In this document: piece after piece, positions 1 through 14,345 of the stretch | Layout: every line of letters starts with the position of its first letter | Position numbering within the stretch: the first letter of the stretch is position 1 | Assembly: GCF_018977255.1 (NCBI RefSeq) | Contig: NW_024704742.1 | Span: 123,878,001 to 123,942,000, forward strand | Direction: 5' to 3' | DNA length: 64,000 nt | Source: Callorhinchus milii | Lineage: Eukaryota | The notes under the pieces: model-generated | The model's input: only the letters and a program-made list of their open reading frames with translations | Databases searched by the model: none | Told to the model about the DNA's origin: nothing | Made by a program: the position numbers and the translations under genes

Positions 1-909
1 ATCTATGGCAATCTTACAACCTGGAAGTTAGCCAGGTGGCTGTGCTTTCAGCCACTGCACCCCAAAACTCTGGAACACCCTTCCTGTATTCCTCCGTCTT
101 GCCCTTCGTTTCTCATCTTCAGGTCACTCGTGAAGACATTCCTATTCGACCGTGCTCCCTCCCCCTCCTCCCGGCTTGGTGTCATGTTCTGCCATGGTCA
201 AAAGCTCTGGGACACTACTCTGCGTGAGGGGCGCTATATAACTCCAATTTGTTGTTGTTGTAGCCAATTTTGTAGTCGAAAAGGTCGCAGAAAAATCCAG
301 AAAAAATAAACGTCAACTATCTATAGAAATTTTTATAAAATAAAATTGATAAACAGCAACCTTATTATAATTTATAAAACTTATTATAAAACTGTATTAT
401 AATTTAGTAAATATCATTAAGCAGGTTAAAGATAGAATTTCTTTCCCCTGGGCTCTGTCATACATAGTTAAAAATTTAGCATTTATTATTAAAGATCCCA
501 TTATCTCCTGTATTGAAACTATTCTTATTTTAGTGAATGGCACTGATTAGACACTGACATAAAAAATGGCAAATTTGAAGAGTTACCTCAGTGGAATATG
601 TTGCCCCACTGAACAATGTTTAAATATAGTGTAGATTTGCTCCCCTCTCCCCCACACCCCTCACTCCCCAACCACCCCCTACTCAACCCCCTACTCCCAC
701 CCCCACTCCTGGTCCCCCCACCCCAACCCCAGTGCTCAGATACCAATTTGATGAATATTCAGGAAAAGACAAGGAAGTGAAGACAAATAGGTAGTGGTTA
801 CAATGTGAATGAGTTTTCACGCACTATTGTTGGGTTCACAACAACAAAGCAAAGATGCCTTCTTTGAGGCATCACAAAGAAGTTAAGCATACTACAAGAT
901 ATGTATGTT

Positions 910-1510
910 CCTGGCTCAGTAGGTAGCACTCTAAATTCTGAGTCAGAAGGTTGTGGTTCAAGCCCCAGATAAGGACCTGGAACTCATTTAGTCTAAGACA
1001 GGGTTGTCCAACTGGCGGCCTGCGGACCCCATCATCCCACCCCTTCCTCTATTTCACCTGCTCCCTCCATAACCCGTAAATATTATGTTATGTTTCTGTA
1101 AGGGAAATACAAAAATATTGCTTATGCGATGACCCAAGATTGTTTCTCAAATAGGGCATCTGATCCTCAGCAGACATAAGGTTGGTCTAAGATGATACTC
1201 CAATGTCGTGCTGGGGCGTGCTGCATTGTTGGAGGTGCTCTCTTTTGAATGAGATGTTAAACCGAGGTCTTGTCTTACTGCTCCTGGCACTATTCGAAAA
1301 GAGAAGGGTGTTTTAACTGGTGTACTGGCCAACAACGCTCAAATAAAATTGGTCATTCACTTCATGGCTCTTTGTGGAACCTTGCTGTGTGCAAATTGGC
1401 TGCCCATTTGTCCACAAACTACAGTCATTTGACTTTACAGTATATCCTGTGAAGCCCTTTGGGACGGCCTCCTAACATGAAAGGTACTGTACAAAATTCA
1501 AGGATATTTT
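910..1510 (+). mobile_element. Older DeuSINE/SacSINE1-like element with an internal insertion
   Basis: Head TGGCTCAGTAGGTAGCACTCT...GAGTCAGAAGGTTGTGGTTCAAGCCCC, body GAGATGTTAAACCGAGG, Deu-like core; related copies at about 46970-47335, 51250-51500, 56500-56650. Confidence 0.7.
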
Positions 1511-3059
1511 AATATTTTCTTTCTGAGTGACTTTTATACCCATGAAAGTGAGGAATATCAAAGCACTGGACTCATTTAACAGATTGATGCCGCAATCTGA
1601 AGACGATAAGGCTGATGTTCTGAAAGGACAAAAAGAAATTGTTTGAAAGGTTTTCTTCATACCTCTATTTCTACTCTTGGGATTTTTATCTTCCTATTTT
1701 GAGCTGGATTAAAGTTCAGATTCCTGAAGTAAAACTTAATTCATGCTTTATTAATAATTTAATTTGATATAAAGCCTTATCAAGTTGTTGAGACATCTGT
1801 CCAGCATCTTGGGACGTCCTCTCGATGTGAAAGACACTTAACAAATGTAATCTTGTTGTTGTTGTTGAGACATCTGTGTATTTTGTGGATGAAACGCGGT
1901 AGCCAGATGTGCACAGCAATATCCCACAAACAGTCATGGAGTGAGTGACCGATTTTATTTTGGGGGATTGTTGGCTAGGATACTGGGAGAAATTCCCTTC
2001 ACCTTTTTGAATAGTGCCATGGGAACTTTAGGCAGACAGGCAGACAGGAACTCGGTTTAATGTCTCATCAGAAGGATTGCACCTCCAGTATGATTCCAAG
2101 TCCTGTTATAGTCATGATAATGGCATAAATATTATATCATATCATACCTAAACTCACATTGAAATAATTCATTCTCCCTGATCTGAGCATGAACCATTTT
2201 CTGAATATAATAGCAAAATGAGCTACAATGGTTTAAAATGGATAACACAGTATCTACTATTTTTTAAGGTAATTAAAACAAATGTTGGTTCTGTCCCACT
2301 GAACAATGTTTAAATACTGTATAGATTTCTGCTGCTCCCTGCTGGCCAGTTGCCTGTTTCACGAGTATTAAAGACATTCAGAAGTGTGATGGAGCTCGAT
2401 ACCTGCTAAACAAGTGCTTCATAGCATTTACTGCAAAGTGCAGTGACTGCATATTTGTAGGCAAACCCAGCAGCCAATTTGCTGCTTAACTGAACTGCTG
2501 TATCCCACATACAGCCATGAAGTTCATGACCAATTTCATTTGGAGGATTGTTGGTCAGGACATTTCCTCTTTTTGAATAGTCGCATGGGACCTTTAATGT
2601 CCACCACCTGAACAACCACCTCGTCCAAAGGGTGGCACCTCTGACATTGCAGTTCTCCCCAAATTTCTATCCGAGTGTCAGCCTGAACTGGGATTGAGCC
2701 AATAGTCTCTGCATGGGGCTTGAATTCACAACCGTATGATTAAGAGACGAGAGCGCTACTAAGTGAGACAGGTTGCATACATCAATCAGCCCTCCTCCCT
2801 TTTGCCCGTCCTGAGACTGGCCACTCCTCTGGTTTGATCCAAATATTGTATTGCAAGTATAAGGCAATGTAAAATATAATATTTTCCTGAGCAGGTAAGC
2901 AGGAAGCGTTCCTCCAGGAAGTGAGTGCGCAATCAATTCCAACAATCTATGGGATGTCCATGTGTAGGTGGGATGCATGGAATTCTCAGCTTGGTTTGGA
3001 TACTCTTAAGCACGGGATGGGTTTCCGCATGTATCAGATACCTGGCTGACCCCCCAAAA

Positions 3060-3950
3060 AACGTTGTGAATAGAACAGTTCCGTCAACAGTTAATGGTGT
3101 CAGTTACAGAGTGCTGTCTATACCTGTTCCACAGCTATACCACTATACCTGTGTGAACCGAATTACAAAAGCAATCGTTGCCATTGTTACTGGAAGTTTG
3201 CAGTTGGAGTTTGGCGGCTTGTAGCATATTGGTTAGGACACTCGCTTGGCAATGAGAGGGGCTTGAGTTCAATTCGAGTTCTGAGTTCAAGTTTTGCAAG
3301 GAAAAATGTTTAGGCATCTTATTCCACCAGCTTCTGTTCACCTAGCGGTAAATAGAAACCCGGTTGGCTTTTCCGGGGGTAATATTTTTGAATCCCTTCA
3401 AAAATAAACAAACAATAATTAAAAATAATAACACAGTCACTCGATCCGCGACTGTCTGCGGGTCACTGCCGTGCGCAATCGGCCGCTGCGTTTCACCCGC
3501 AAAAATATGCAGTCAATTCACTTTACAGTACATCCCGCGAAGCGCTTTGAGACGTTGCGAAGACGTGATAAGGCCCCGTAGCAAATGCGGAAATTATTAC
3601 TATTTTTGTGATGATGATGGTTATGATTATTTGTTTTCAGTGTTGTGCATTGCAAATGATCACCAGCCATCAAAACCCCCTCTCCTTTTGTTCTGCCTTT
3701 GCCGCTGGGCGTGTGTTTGCTGGTGCACGTTGTGGCAGTTGCTGAACTGCTGTGCAATAGCGGGAAGGCTGCAGGATTGGCGCTGGATCTTTGCCTTTTC
3801 AAAGGAAAACCACATTCCCCGTTTTCCCGGTCCAGTGAGTGCACAGACAGCAAACCAACGCGGGGAGTCCTGACGTTTCCAGGTAACCACTGCTCGGCAA
3901 TGCCAGTCCCGCTGCCCGGGGGGCAGTCACTGGAATGCAGCAGAGAAGGC
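3060..3950. promoter_or_regulatory. Candidate RFX/E2F/MYB enhancer interrupted by a SINE
   Basis: X-box-like GTTGCCATTGTTAC 3177-3190 and GTTTCCAGGTAAC 3875-3887; E2F-like TTTGGCGG 3210-3217, GCGGGAA 3760-3766, TTGGCGC 3777-3783. Confidence 0.45.
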
Positions 3951-3984
3951 AACAGCGCAGGAGGAAGGGGTCTGAGACATAGGG

Positions 3985-4592
<608 letters not shown>

Positions 4593-6812
4593 TGGGCACA
4601 AGGAAGAAGAATAGAGTAAAAAATGAGAGTAAGAAAGAAACAGGAAAATAAAAGGATGGCTAATGAACAAGAGCAAACGTTTCCATTCACAGAGCAGCGT
4701 TTCACAGCAATAATAAATTGGGTGGGGGTGAGGGGGTGGGTGGGAATCCTGTTGGTAGCCTTAATTAATGACTTCAATTCTCTGATGGCCCACATCCAGA
4801 CTGTTAGGGTGATGCAACATTTATAAGCTGCTTTTACACGTTATAATAATAATAATAATACTCCTTACATTTGATAGAGCGTCTTATCACGTGCTTGAGA
4901 CGTCTCAAAGAGCTTCACAGAATGTACTGTAAAGTGAATTGACTGTGTACTTTGTGGGCAAAACCCAAGTTTCGTACCTATTGTGTCCGCAGTAACATTC
5001 AGGCGTCAATGAGGAACTGCACCGGTGTTCAGGATTTTGGTCTCAATTCTCCAAAGTAACTGGTTTAAATGATCTCTTGTTCAGGAGGTGATCACAGTAA
5101 AGAAAGTTCATATTACTTATCTTCGCCGTGAAATGCAATTTCTGTCATTGTGAGGAGAATAATAATAATAATAATCATTGCATTTGATATAATGCCTTAT
5201 ACATGGAGTGCTGTAGCTCAGTGGTTAGAGCACTCCCCTCCCCGGCAGGTCAAATCCTTGGGCTGGTTTCCTTACTCCACACGCCTGATAATAATCCCTC
5301 AAGAAAAAAATAATAAATTGGTCACTTCAACCCAAGACTGTTTGTGGGACACTGCTGTGCGCAATTGGCTGTCGTGTTTCGCCCACAAATATACAGTCAA
5401 TTCACTTTACAGTGTATTGTGTGAGACGCTTTGAGATGTCTAGAAGACGTGGAAAACGCTATATCAAATGTAAGGATTATTTATTTACTATTATCACGTC
5501 TTCGATGTGTCTTGGAGCGCTTCACAGAATATACCGTAAAATGAATTGACTGTGTATTTTGAGGGCAAAACACGGCAGCCAATTGCACACAGCAGTGTCC
5601 CACAAACAGTTGTGGATCGAGAATCACTTCAGCTCAAAATCAATTGCTAAAGGATTGTCATTCCTCTTAGATTAAGTATTGTTTATAGTCATTTCCAGAA
5701 ATAAACATGTTCTAGCAATTTATTTTGAACCTGAACGTTCCATTTCATTGTTACTGTATTCAATATAAAACGAGCAGATCAGCACACTGAAAGTTTTGCA
5801 TTGCAATTGTTACACAGGGAGTGTACAACATCCATGCCAACCTTGGGACTGAAGGAGAATCAATAGTTTGTGGTAAAGGTCATCACAACAGTCAGTTTGA
5901 CTATAGGTTAAATGCAGTATGACATGATGCCAACGTTAAAAAATTCAGTTGGTTTGCTTTATAGAAGCGTAATCCAAATTAATTGCATCACCTTGAAAGT
6001 CACTGCCGTTACAAATCTCACGTCTGCTCCTGACATTGAGAGGTGAGGCAAGGAAAGAGAAAGGGTCATTGTAAATCCCGTCAAAACCAGAGCAGAGCTT
6101 AAGGTCATGTGCCATGGGCAGGTTCCAGCATCAATTTGCTACCTTGTCCGGAATACCCCTCTGGAATTCCAACCCCAGTCACTCTGCCTCGCCCCCTCCT
6201 TAGCCTCCTTCAAGTCCCGCCTCAAGACCCTCCTCTTCGACCATGCCGTCGGCGACACCCCTGCCCCTCCCCCCCACCGACCCCAGCTCGAGTCTGAAAT
6301 GCTGTACTCTGTCCAGTGCTTTGGGACATCTTCCTGATGTGAAAGGCGCCATACTCTTGTTGTTGTTGTTGTTGTCATTCGTTAATGCCTCCAGTGCTCC
6401 CTCCACTCAATAGGCTGTGGCCTGCTCCACTTCCAACTCCCTGCTTGTCGGCCTTCCCAACTCTTCCTTTCACAAGCCGCAGATCATCCAGAACTCTTCA
6501 GCTTGTGTCCTTTCCCACACCAGGCTCCGTGACCCCATCACACCCACCCTTGCCCGGCTCCACCTGCTCCTAATCCCTCAGAGGCTCGAGTTCCAAATCC
6601 TCTTCCTCACCCTCAAGGCCCTCCATGGCCTTGCCCCCTCCTGCCTCTCCAACCTGCTAACCCTTTATCATAACAAGACATTTTAAAAGCATGTACTGTT
6701 GCAAATGACATATTAATATAGCCATTAATTTTATTTTAATATATTTAAAAGTACTCACAAAGTAAATATTTGCTAACAATATGCACCGTCAATTCACTTT
6801 ACAGTATACTGT

Positions 6813-7136
6813 GGAGTCCTGTAGCTCAGTGCTTAGAGCACTCGCTTTGCAAGCGAGAGACCTGAGTTCAATTCCAGGCAGGAAGAAACCTTGGGCAAGT
6901 TTCCTTACTCCACACAGAGCCTAATATTAATCCCTCCAAAACAAAAAACAATAATAAATCAGTCATTTTCAATCTACGACTGTTTGTGGGACATTGCTGT
7001 GCGCAATTGGCTGCCGCGTTCGCCCACAAATATACAGTCAATTCACTTTACAGTGTGTTCTGTGAAGCGCTTTGGGACATCCTCCCGACGTGAAAAGCGC
7101 TATATCAAATGCAAGGATTATTATTATTATTATTAT
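6813..7136 (+). mobile_element. Young full-length tRNA-Ala-derived SINE inserted in an older SINE
   Basis: GGAGTCCTGTAGCTCAG head with A/B boxes and TGC anticodon arm; Deu-like core TGCTGTGCGCAATTGGCTGCC; (ATT)n tail; nearly identical to copies at 40.9 and 54.2 kb. Confidence 0.93.
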
Positions 7137-10100
7137 ATCCTGCGAAGCACTTTGAGATGTCTCAACAACTTGAAAGGAGCTGTATCAAATGCAAGGATTA
7201 TTATTATGATCAAAGTCGATAAAAAACTGATTTACCAAAAACACAAGAACACCAGCTCCAGTTCCCCAATTGTTTTCCCCAATTAGATAATCATTTTCAG
7301 CTCGTCGATTCCAATGACTTACAAGCATGTGCATGCAAACCTGACTCAGGCCTGGTCTGACTGTTTTACCACTGTTTTACAAATGATGTTATCATATTAG
7401 TTTTAGGTAATCTCATAATGCAATCCTGTAGCTCAGTGAGAGACCTGGCTTTGATTCCCAGCAGCGAGAAGTGTTGGGCAAGTTTCCTCACTCCACACAC
7501 CTCCGTTTACTAGCAGTAAGTAGGAACCCGGTTGTTAGTTGATTTGCAGATCGCTGTTTATGGGGCTAATAGTTCCATAAAGAAAAATTGGTCACTTCAA
7601 TCCAGATTGTTTGTGGGACACTGCTGTGCGCAATTGGCTGCCGTGTTTCACCCACAAAATATACAGTCAATTCACTTTACAGTATATTCTGTGAAGCGCT
7701 TTTAGACATCTTGAAGACATGATAAGGCGCTTTATCAAATGCAAGGATAATTATTATTATTAATAATAAGCATGACTAATTTTTCAAAGTGATATCTCCT
7801 CAGATTTCACGGCCCTAAGCCATGGCTTAGTTTTTTTATTGATTAATATGGGCCTGCATTCAGTTCAACTAAAATAAATTAGTATTGCGGCTGTACATAT
7901 CTAGCTCACAATAATGTGCTGTCTACTGTATGGGATGCAGACCAATATATTGTATTTATAAAGAAAAAACATGATCAAAATGTTTCTGTGGTGTATTCTC
8001 TTCTTTCTGAGCTAGGTCAGACATGTGTAGCTATCTGCAGGGCACAAACAAGTGTGTTCTTTTCTGGAGTAATAGATATAGAACACGTCTTAAGAATATT
8101 TTAAAATGGTGTGGGAATTTTATTTTAGAAGCCAAGTTGAAACAATAGTGACCATTTTGTACTTGTACTTGTAGCTCCTTTTGCGTAAAATAATTTCTCA
8201 ATGTATTCTACAAAACAGAGTTGAAATTTGGGCAAGGTGGCAAATGCGGGTTGGGGTGAGAGAGAGAGAGTAGGAACAAAAGACTGAACAAAAACAACAA
8301 CTTGCATTTATATAGAGCTCTTCACAAGGGGCAGCGTCTCGAAGAAGTAGACAAAGAAGTAGGTTTTTAGAAGGGTTTTGAAAGCAGCAAGGGAGGGCAG
8401 TGAAGCAGCAAATTGGGGGAATTTCAGAAAACGGGGGCATAGTAACTGAAAGCTCCAGCAACCATGTGGAGCAGAAGCGTGGGGAATGTACAGCAGACTT
8501 GAGTTGGGAAGCAGAGGCAGTGGGCTGGAGAGTGGAGCTGGAAGTAAGTTACAAAGTTAGGGGTCTAGTGGAACTGGGCCCGTTTTCATTGTAACAGGGA
8601 AGGTTGAGGGAGACTTCATTGAGATCCCCTAAGTTATAAGGGGTTTTGATGGAATAGATAGGGAGGAATGATTTCCATTAGTTGGTAAGATAATAATAAT
8701 CCTTGCATCTGTTTCTGTGGTGTATTCTCCTCTTTCTGAGCTAGGTCAGGTGTGTGTAGCCATCTGCTACACACTCTAGGATAATGGAAATAGATCACAT
8801 CTTTAAGTGTATTTTAAAATGTTTGAGAATTTTATTTCAAAGGACAAATTGACAATACTGTATGTTGAAACAATAGATTGTCGAAACATCTCAAAGCACT
8901 TCACAGAATTTTACTGTAAAATGTAGTGACTGTATTTTATTGATGAAGACAGTGGTCAATTTGCATATTCATAAACAGCCATGAAGTGAATAAACAATTT
9001 TATCTGGGAAATTGTTGGCCAGGACATCGGAAGAAACTCTCTTCTCTTTTCAAAGAATTCCTAGAGTCTTTAACGTCTGCCTGAAAAGGTGGACGGGACT
9101 TCAGATTAACGTCTCATCTGAAAGCTGGCACTTCTGACAATGTGAAAACGTCATTTGCCTGCTTGTAAATATACAGTGTCAGTTTATCCTGGCATTTTCA
9201 TGTTATAAAATCTAAATGGCAGTGGTATACTTTAATTTAATCCATGATACTTCTTTTTAGAACAGCCTTGCAATTTGTTACCCAATATCATTTTAAACAT
9301 AAGCAAGATTCTCACAACTAACCCAATTTTAATAGTGTCTTTTTATCAATGAACATAGAATAGCCACAGCTGTTTGTGACTAATATTTTTATTACTGAAT
9401 GTTAACTTGACTTGTTCAATTAAATTCAATCTTACATTCCAGTTTTGTATTTGACTGACAAAATCTGATTTATACTATTGTGCTCAAAAGGCTTTAGTAT
9501 TGTAGTTAAGAGTGAAACATCTGTCTGGAAGACAGAGGACATAGTTAATTGCCATGTGAATTAGACAGTGTAATTGCTGAGTGAGAGGGCAGCACTGGAT
9601 ATGACACCATATGGTAGTGGCATCTGGTTTCTGCATAAACCCTGCTGTGCCAAACAAGGACAGGCTTTATGAATCATTCTTAACTAGCTTTTCTAACATT
9701 TGTATAGTTTTATTTTTATTTTTCAACAGTTTCTAAGGGAATAACAACAGAAGTCATAACATAACATGTAGTAGCAGGAGTAGGCCAGTTTAAGTCCCTA
9801 CAGGCTAAGGTTCACTCACATTGATGACAGGCAATTAAGGGAAGGTGTATGTGTGTAATGGTTCTTTGGAAAATATCTATAATTTTAAACTATGTTACAA
9901 TAACCAATTTGAATTGGATAAAGCTAGGTCATCATACCTTGTGTGGTAAATGCATATCTATATATATATATACTGTATGAAGTTTTAAACACCCGATCAA
10001 TTGAAATCCTAAAAGGGGAATAGTTTTTATTCTAATCCCATTCATAATGAGCATCTGACACTGTGATTCCATTAGCTCCACATAATAAAAAATACAATGC

Positions 10101-12379
10101 ATTTGATGTAGCACCTGATTTTATCAAAGCAATTCACAAAGTTTCTGTAACATGTAGATATTGTGTATTTGGAGGCAAATGCAACACAGCAATGTCTACA
10201 ACAAATCAATGATGCAAATGGCCAATTATATTTTTTAAATAGTCCTATCTGGAGGATGGTAGGTCAGAACACTGTAAGAAACAAAGCTTCAACTGACGAC
10301 ACCCATCCACAATCTTCTGGCCCAGAGGCCAGAGTGCTATCAACTGAGCCAATCTGGAACATACAACAAAGCTGGAGAACTGGTGTTAGCCAGGCGCAAT
10401 GTATTGTCTTGAAATATAAAACAGCTAAGAACAGCTGTAACATGCTCCCTTGTCAAGTCATTGAAGCATTGAAACTAATCACAGATGGTTTCAAATCATT
10501 TATATTACAAATGTTGCCAACACGTTATAAAACATGACTAAAAACATATAGGATGAAGATCAGTCCAAGTGTACCTTATTGTCCTGGTGTCAAATTCCAT
10601 TTCAGTGTTTGAGATATCTAGGGTGATTTAGTTAGTTCGTTAACAGTTAATAATTAGTTCAATCTCAGGTGATGTTGGGGCAGGAATTGGGAGTCAAACA
10701 ACAGTGCCGCTAAGTGAGCACAGGGCAGGGCTATGTGGAATGTGAACTTGTAGCCGTTATATTTAACTGTCGTAGGAGAAAAGCTTTGACATTTGATGGC
10801 AAATTGCCATTATTGTTCAGTCTGCAAACGTTCAGTATCTGCGTCCGTTGCTTTTCTTTCACTGTTTATACATTCCTGGAAAGACGCGTTTGTCCTCTTT
10901 GCAATTACATTGAGCAACCGCAGTACCTGCAGCACCAGAACTGGCCCTAGATTGACAATGAATCATTGTGTGTTTGCCACGTCCTAAACAAAAGTAAATT
11001 TACCTGAAACAAACTTTATTTATTCGCCGTTAAGGTGAATTAGCTTGTTTCTAGGGGGTTAGTGGCGTGTGACTTGCAGTCAACGCATTGGACCAAGTCA
11101 CCGTCGGTTATTTTATCAGCAAAACGCCCAGACATACCGCTTTTATACCGATAGGTACCTGGGCGTTTTGCTGATTCGCTGATGCTGCTCTTTTCAGTGA
11201 GATCCAAAGAGTGCACTGACATTCTTCAGCTGTTGTACTGTAGTTTATTTTATGTTGCTCACATTAATTAATTTGTGGCAAAATAATGTTAGTTGTTATA
11301 CGAATACAGTATCAATAATAAGTAAATAGAAGCCAAGTACTTATATAATGAAAATCACCATTTACGATTGATGTAGCGCCTTTCATGTCATTCAAGCAAC
11401 TCAAGCTGCTTCACAAGGTTCAGCTGCAGTGACTGTCTAGTTTATAGGCAAAAAATGTCCCACTGTCAAGAAGTGAATGATCAATTTTATCTGTAGATTT
11501 AACATCTCATCTGATGGATTGCACCTTTGACAATGTAGCGCGCCCCCAGCATTGTATTGAAATGTCAGCAGAAAGCCATGAACTCAGAATTCTAAGGTGG
11601 GGCTTGAACCCACAACTTTCTGACTACTTATTGAATCAGGCTGACATTCAAATCGACGCAGATGCAATGTATTAAGGTATATGCATTTCATAATCATTAG
11701 AAACCTACAGGTCCATCTTAAGACATACCTCTATCCATGTCTTCAGTCATCTTTCCCTCCCCACACCCTTTGGCTCCTAGCCCCAGCTCAAGTGGCAAGT
11801 CAGTACTTGGAGTATGCGGACCCCCAGCTTTGAGGATTGACACTTGTGGTGGGTTGGCTTCTCGAGAGGGCTTGGGTAAAATGGGGCAAAAGTTAAGGGT
11901 GTCGCAAATTCATCAGGATGCTGATTCGGTATGAAACCTCCGCATGTTAAATACTTTGTCGGCACTTAATAATAATAATACTACTTATCCTTGCATTTGA
12001 TATAGCACCTTAGCACATCATTGAGATGTCTCAAAGCGCTTCACAGGATATTCTGTAAAGTGAATCGATTGTGTATTTTGTGGGCGGAACGCAGCAGCCA
12101 GTTTGGAGCGCAGCAGTGTCCCACAAACAGCCATGGAGTGAGCGACCAATTTTATTGGGGGAATTGTTGGTTCTGTTGAATAGAACTTCTGAACCAGGCT
12201 GCATGGGTGGTAAGTATGGGAGCCAATCATGGGGGGTGGGGGTCCGGGTGCGCTGGGGAACCATTCACAGGGGCTTGTTGTTGTTGTTGTTTCCCAAGTC
12301 ACTAGCAAGTCACTCTGGAGGCAGCGCAGCTCTAAGGAGATCCTTCTTACCTCCCACTAAGGGCGATAGTCACTAATTT

Positions 12380-12830
12380 GGTTCACCTTCGCTTTCTAAC
12401 TACCGCGGCACCTTGGAAGATCTCTCCGGCGCGAAAGGCGCTCTGCAAAGTGTAATTTTGTACTGCAATTTTGTGTTGCATTGTACCTGCCAGTACCCAA
12501 GCAATGAAATCGAAAAGGCAGCAACCAACGTTGCAATCATTTGCAGAATACGTGGCAACTGAATCAATCAAATCGCATTTATGTTCCTCCAAAAAAGAAC
12601 GACAACCCCCCCCCCCCCAAAAAAAAAAAAAACCCCCACGTCTGGCCATCCTGATGTGGTCGGTTAGATTCGGTGCTGTTGTCAAGCCGTTGCCGGGCAG
12701 TTGAGGAGCATCTTGTGCGTTGCTGCAGTCGGTTGATGCTCTGATCCTTCTCTGTGTGATGTTGATCTCTGGTGAGTTATTAAGAGATCTGGCGCCGCTT
12801 GGCACTTGGTTTCGCGCCCACCCTCATCCA
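12380..12830. promoter_or_regulatory. Candidate upstream E2F/MYB enhancer
   Basis: CpG-rich non-repeat DNA; GGCGCGAAA 12428-12436 and TTTCGCGCC 12810-12818; MYB-type CCGTTG 12687 and CAGTTG 12698. Confidence 0.5.
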
Positions 12831-13202
12831 CTCCCCACCCCCCATTGAATGCAATCACACATCAATCCACAACCATTAGAAAAACCTGCCCTCCCCCCCC
12901 CAAAAAAAACTGTGCAGTTTGCACATTGTGCAATTCAAGCCCAACGACCTGGAAATCACCTGGAACTTAATGCAACACAGTTCCATAAACATTTCGTGCG
13001 TTATTTGCCCATCACTGCCGCGCACTTTAACTCTTGATGATCATTCTTCCTCACTTTATTTTCGTCAACAAAAAAAGGCACCGTTTGCTTCGGTAACGTC
13101 TGCAACGTAAAAACATTGTTTGAGAACGATTTTTTTTTTTCTGTCCTTAGGTTAAGTTGGTTTTCCCCCCCAAAAAATATAAACTGACATTTTTAGTTTC
13201 AC

Positions 13203-13242
<40 letters not shown>

Positions 13243-13688
13243 ATGAACACCTGGTAAAAGGTGCACCTTTTCTTCAACACAATCGATACAATTTTTCACA
13301 ATGTAATGGATGAACGTTGCATGATATAAATTTCATTTTGCAAACAACAGCATTCACCAGTTATTTCCCTCCGCTGTATTATTACTTTTCTTTCCAGTTC
13401 GTTGCATTCAACTGAACTTCGAGGGTTTGCAAAATGACTGATGTCTTTCGAGAAGAAAGTACATCCATATGTATTGCCATTTTCCCACCTCCCCACTGAA
13501 ATGATAAGCATTAGGATGAGAGCCGACTATTACTACCACTAACAGCAATAACAGTAACAATAATAATAATAACAACGACTATAATGAATAATGATTCGCT
13601 TCCTGTGGGGGTTGCATTAAAATTGACGAGAGAGCGTGAGATCAGCTTCGTTACTTTATGGAACTTCAGTCGCTTTACTGAACGCGCA

Positions 13689-13877
13689 TTTATTTAGTTA
13701 TTTAGTTATTTAGTTATTTATTTGTCCATTTATTTATTTACTTATTTATTTACTTATTTAATTATTTACTTATTTACTTATTTATTTATTTATTTATTTA
13801 TTCATTTATTTACTTATTCATTCATTCATTCATTCATTCATTCACGTATTCACTTATTTATTCACTTATTTATTCAC

Positions 13878-13912
<35 letters not shown>

Positions 13913-13998
13913 TTCACTTATTCACTTATTTATTTATTCACGTATTTATTCATTTATTTATGTATTTATGTATTTATTTATTTATTTGCTTATTTATG
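13689..13998. repeat. (TTTA)n/(TTCA)n tetranucleotide array
   Basis: Directly visible. Confidence 0.97.
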
Positions 13999-14109
13999 TA
14001 TCAGACGCAGTTGCTGGAGCTTCATCTGCAGTGTTGAGTTGTGCACTTGTGTTCGCTTTGTAATCATCTGCGCTTCTTTGTGCTCCGCACTGACCGCCTG
14101 TGTGTGTGT

Positions 14110-14345
14110 GGCTCAGATCCCCGCCGGCCCTGTGTGGCCCCCGGGCCGCCCCGGGCCGGGCTGTCAGCTGCTGGACCTCAGGGGGTGGGGGGAATCCCTG
14201 TCACTGACGTCACCCCCCCGCCCCCCAGGTGTTTCCCCATCTCCAGCCTATCAGAGCACAGCTCAGGTGTTTCCCGCTCGCCTGGCCGCTCATCCGCTGT
14301 ATAAAAGGGGCCACGGGCTGCAGGAGCAGGGACTCAGCCAGAGCA
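14110..14345 (+). promoter_or_regulatory. Putative CDC20B/miR-449 core promoter
   Basis: GC/CpG-rich; kB-like GGGGAATCCC 14189-14198; CRE TGACGTCA 14205-14212; E2F TTTCCCGC 14270-14277; TATAAAA 14300-14306. Confidence 0.65.

Noticed and set aside
1542..1646. Short ORF MKVRNIKALDSFNRLMPQSEDDKADVLKGQKEIV
   Set aside because: No recognisable homology or supporting exon chain
6891..7286. Recurrent ORF MGKFPYST...RNWLPRSPTNIQSIHF (also 40808, 54251)
   Set aside because: Translation of the same noncoding SINE family, not a gene family
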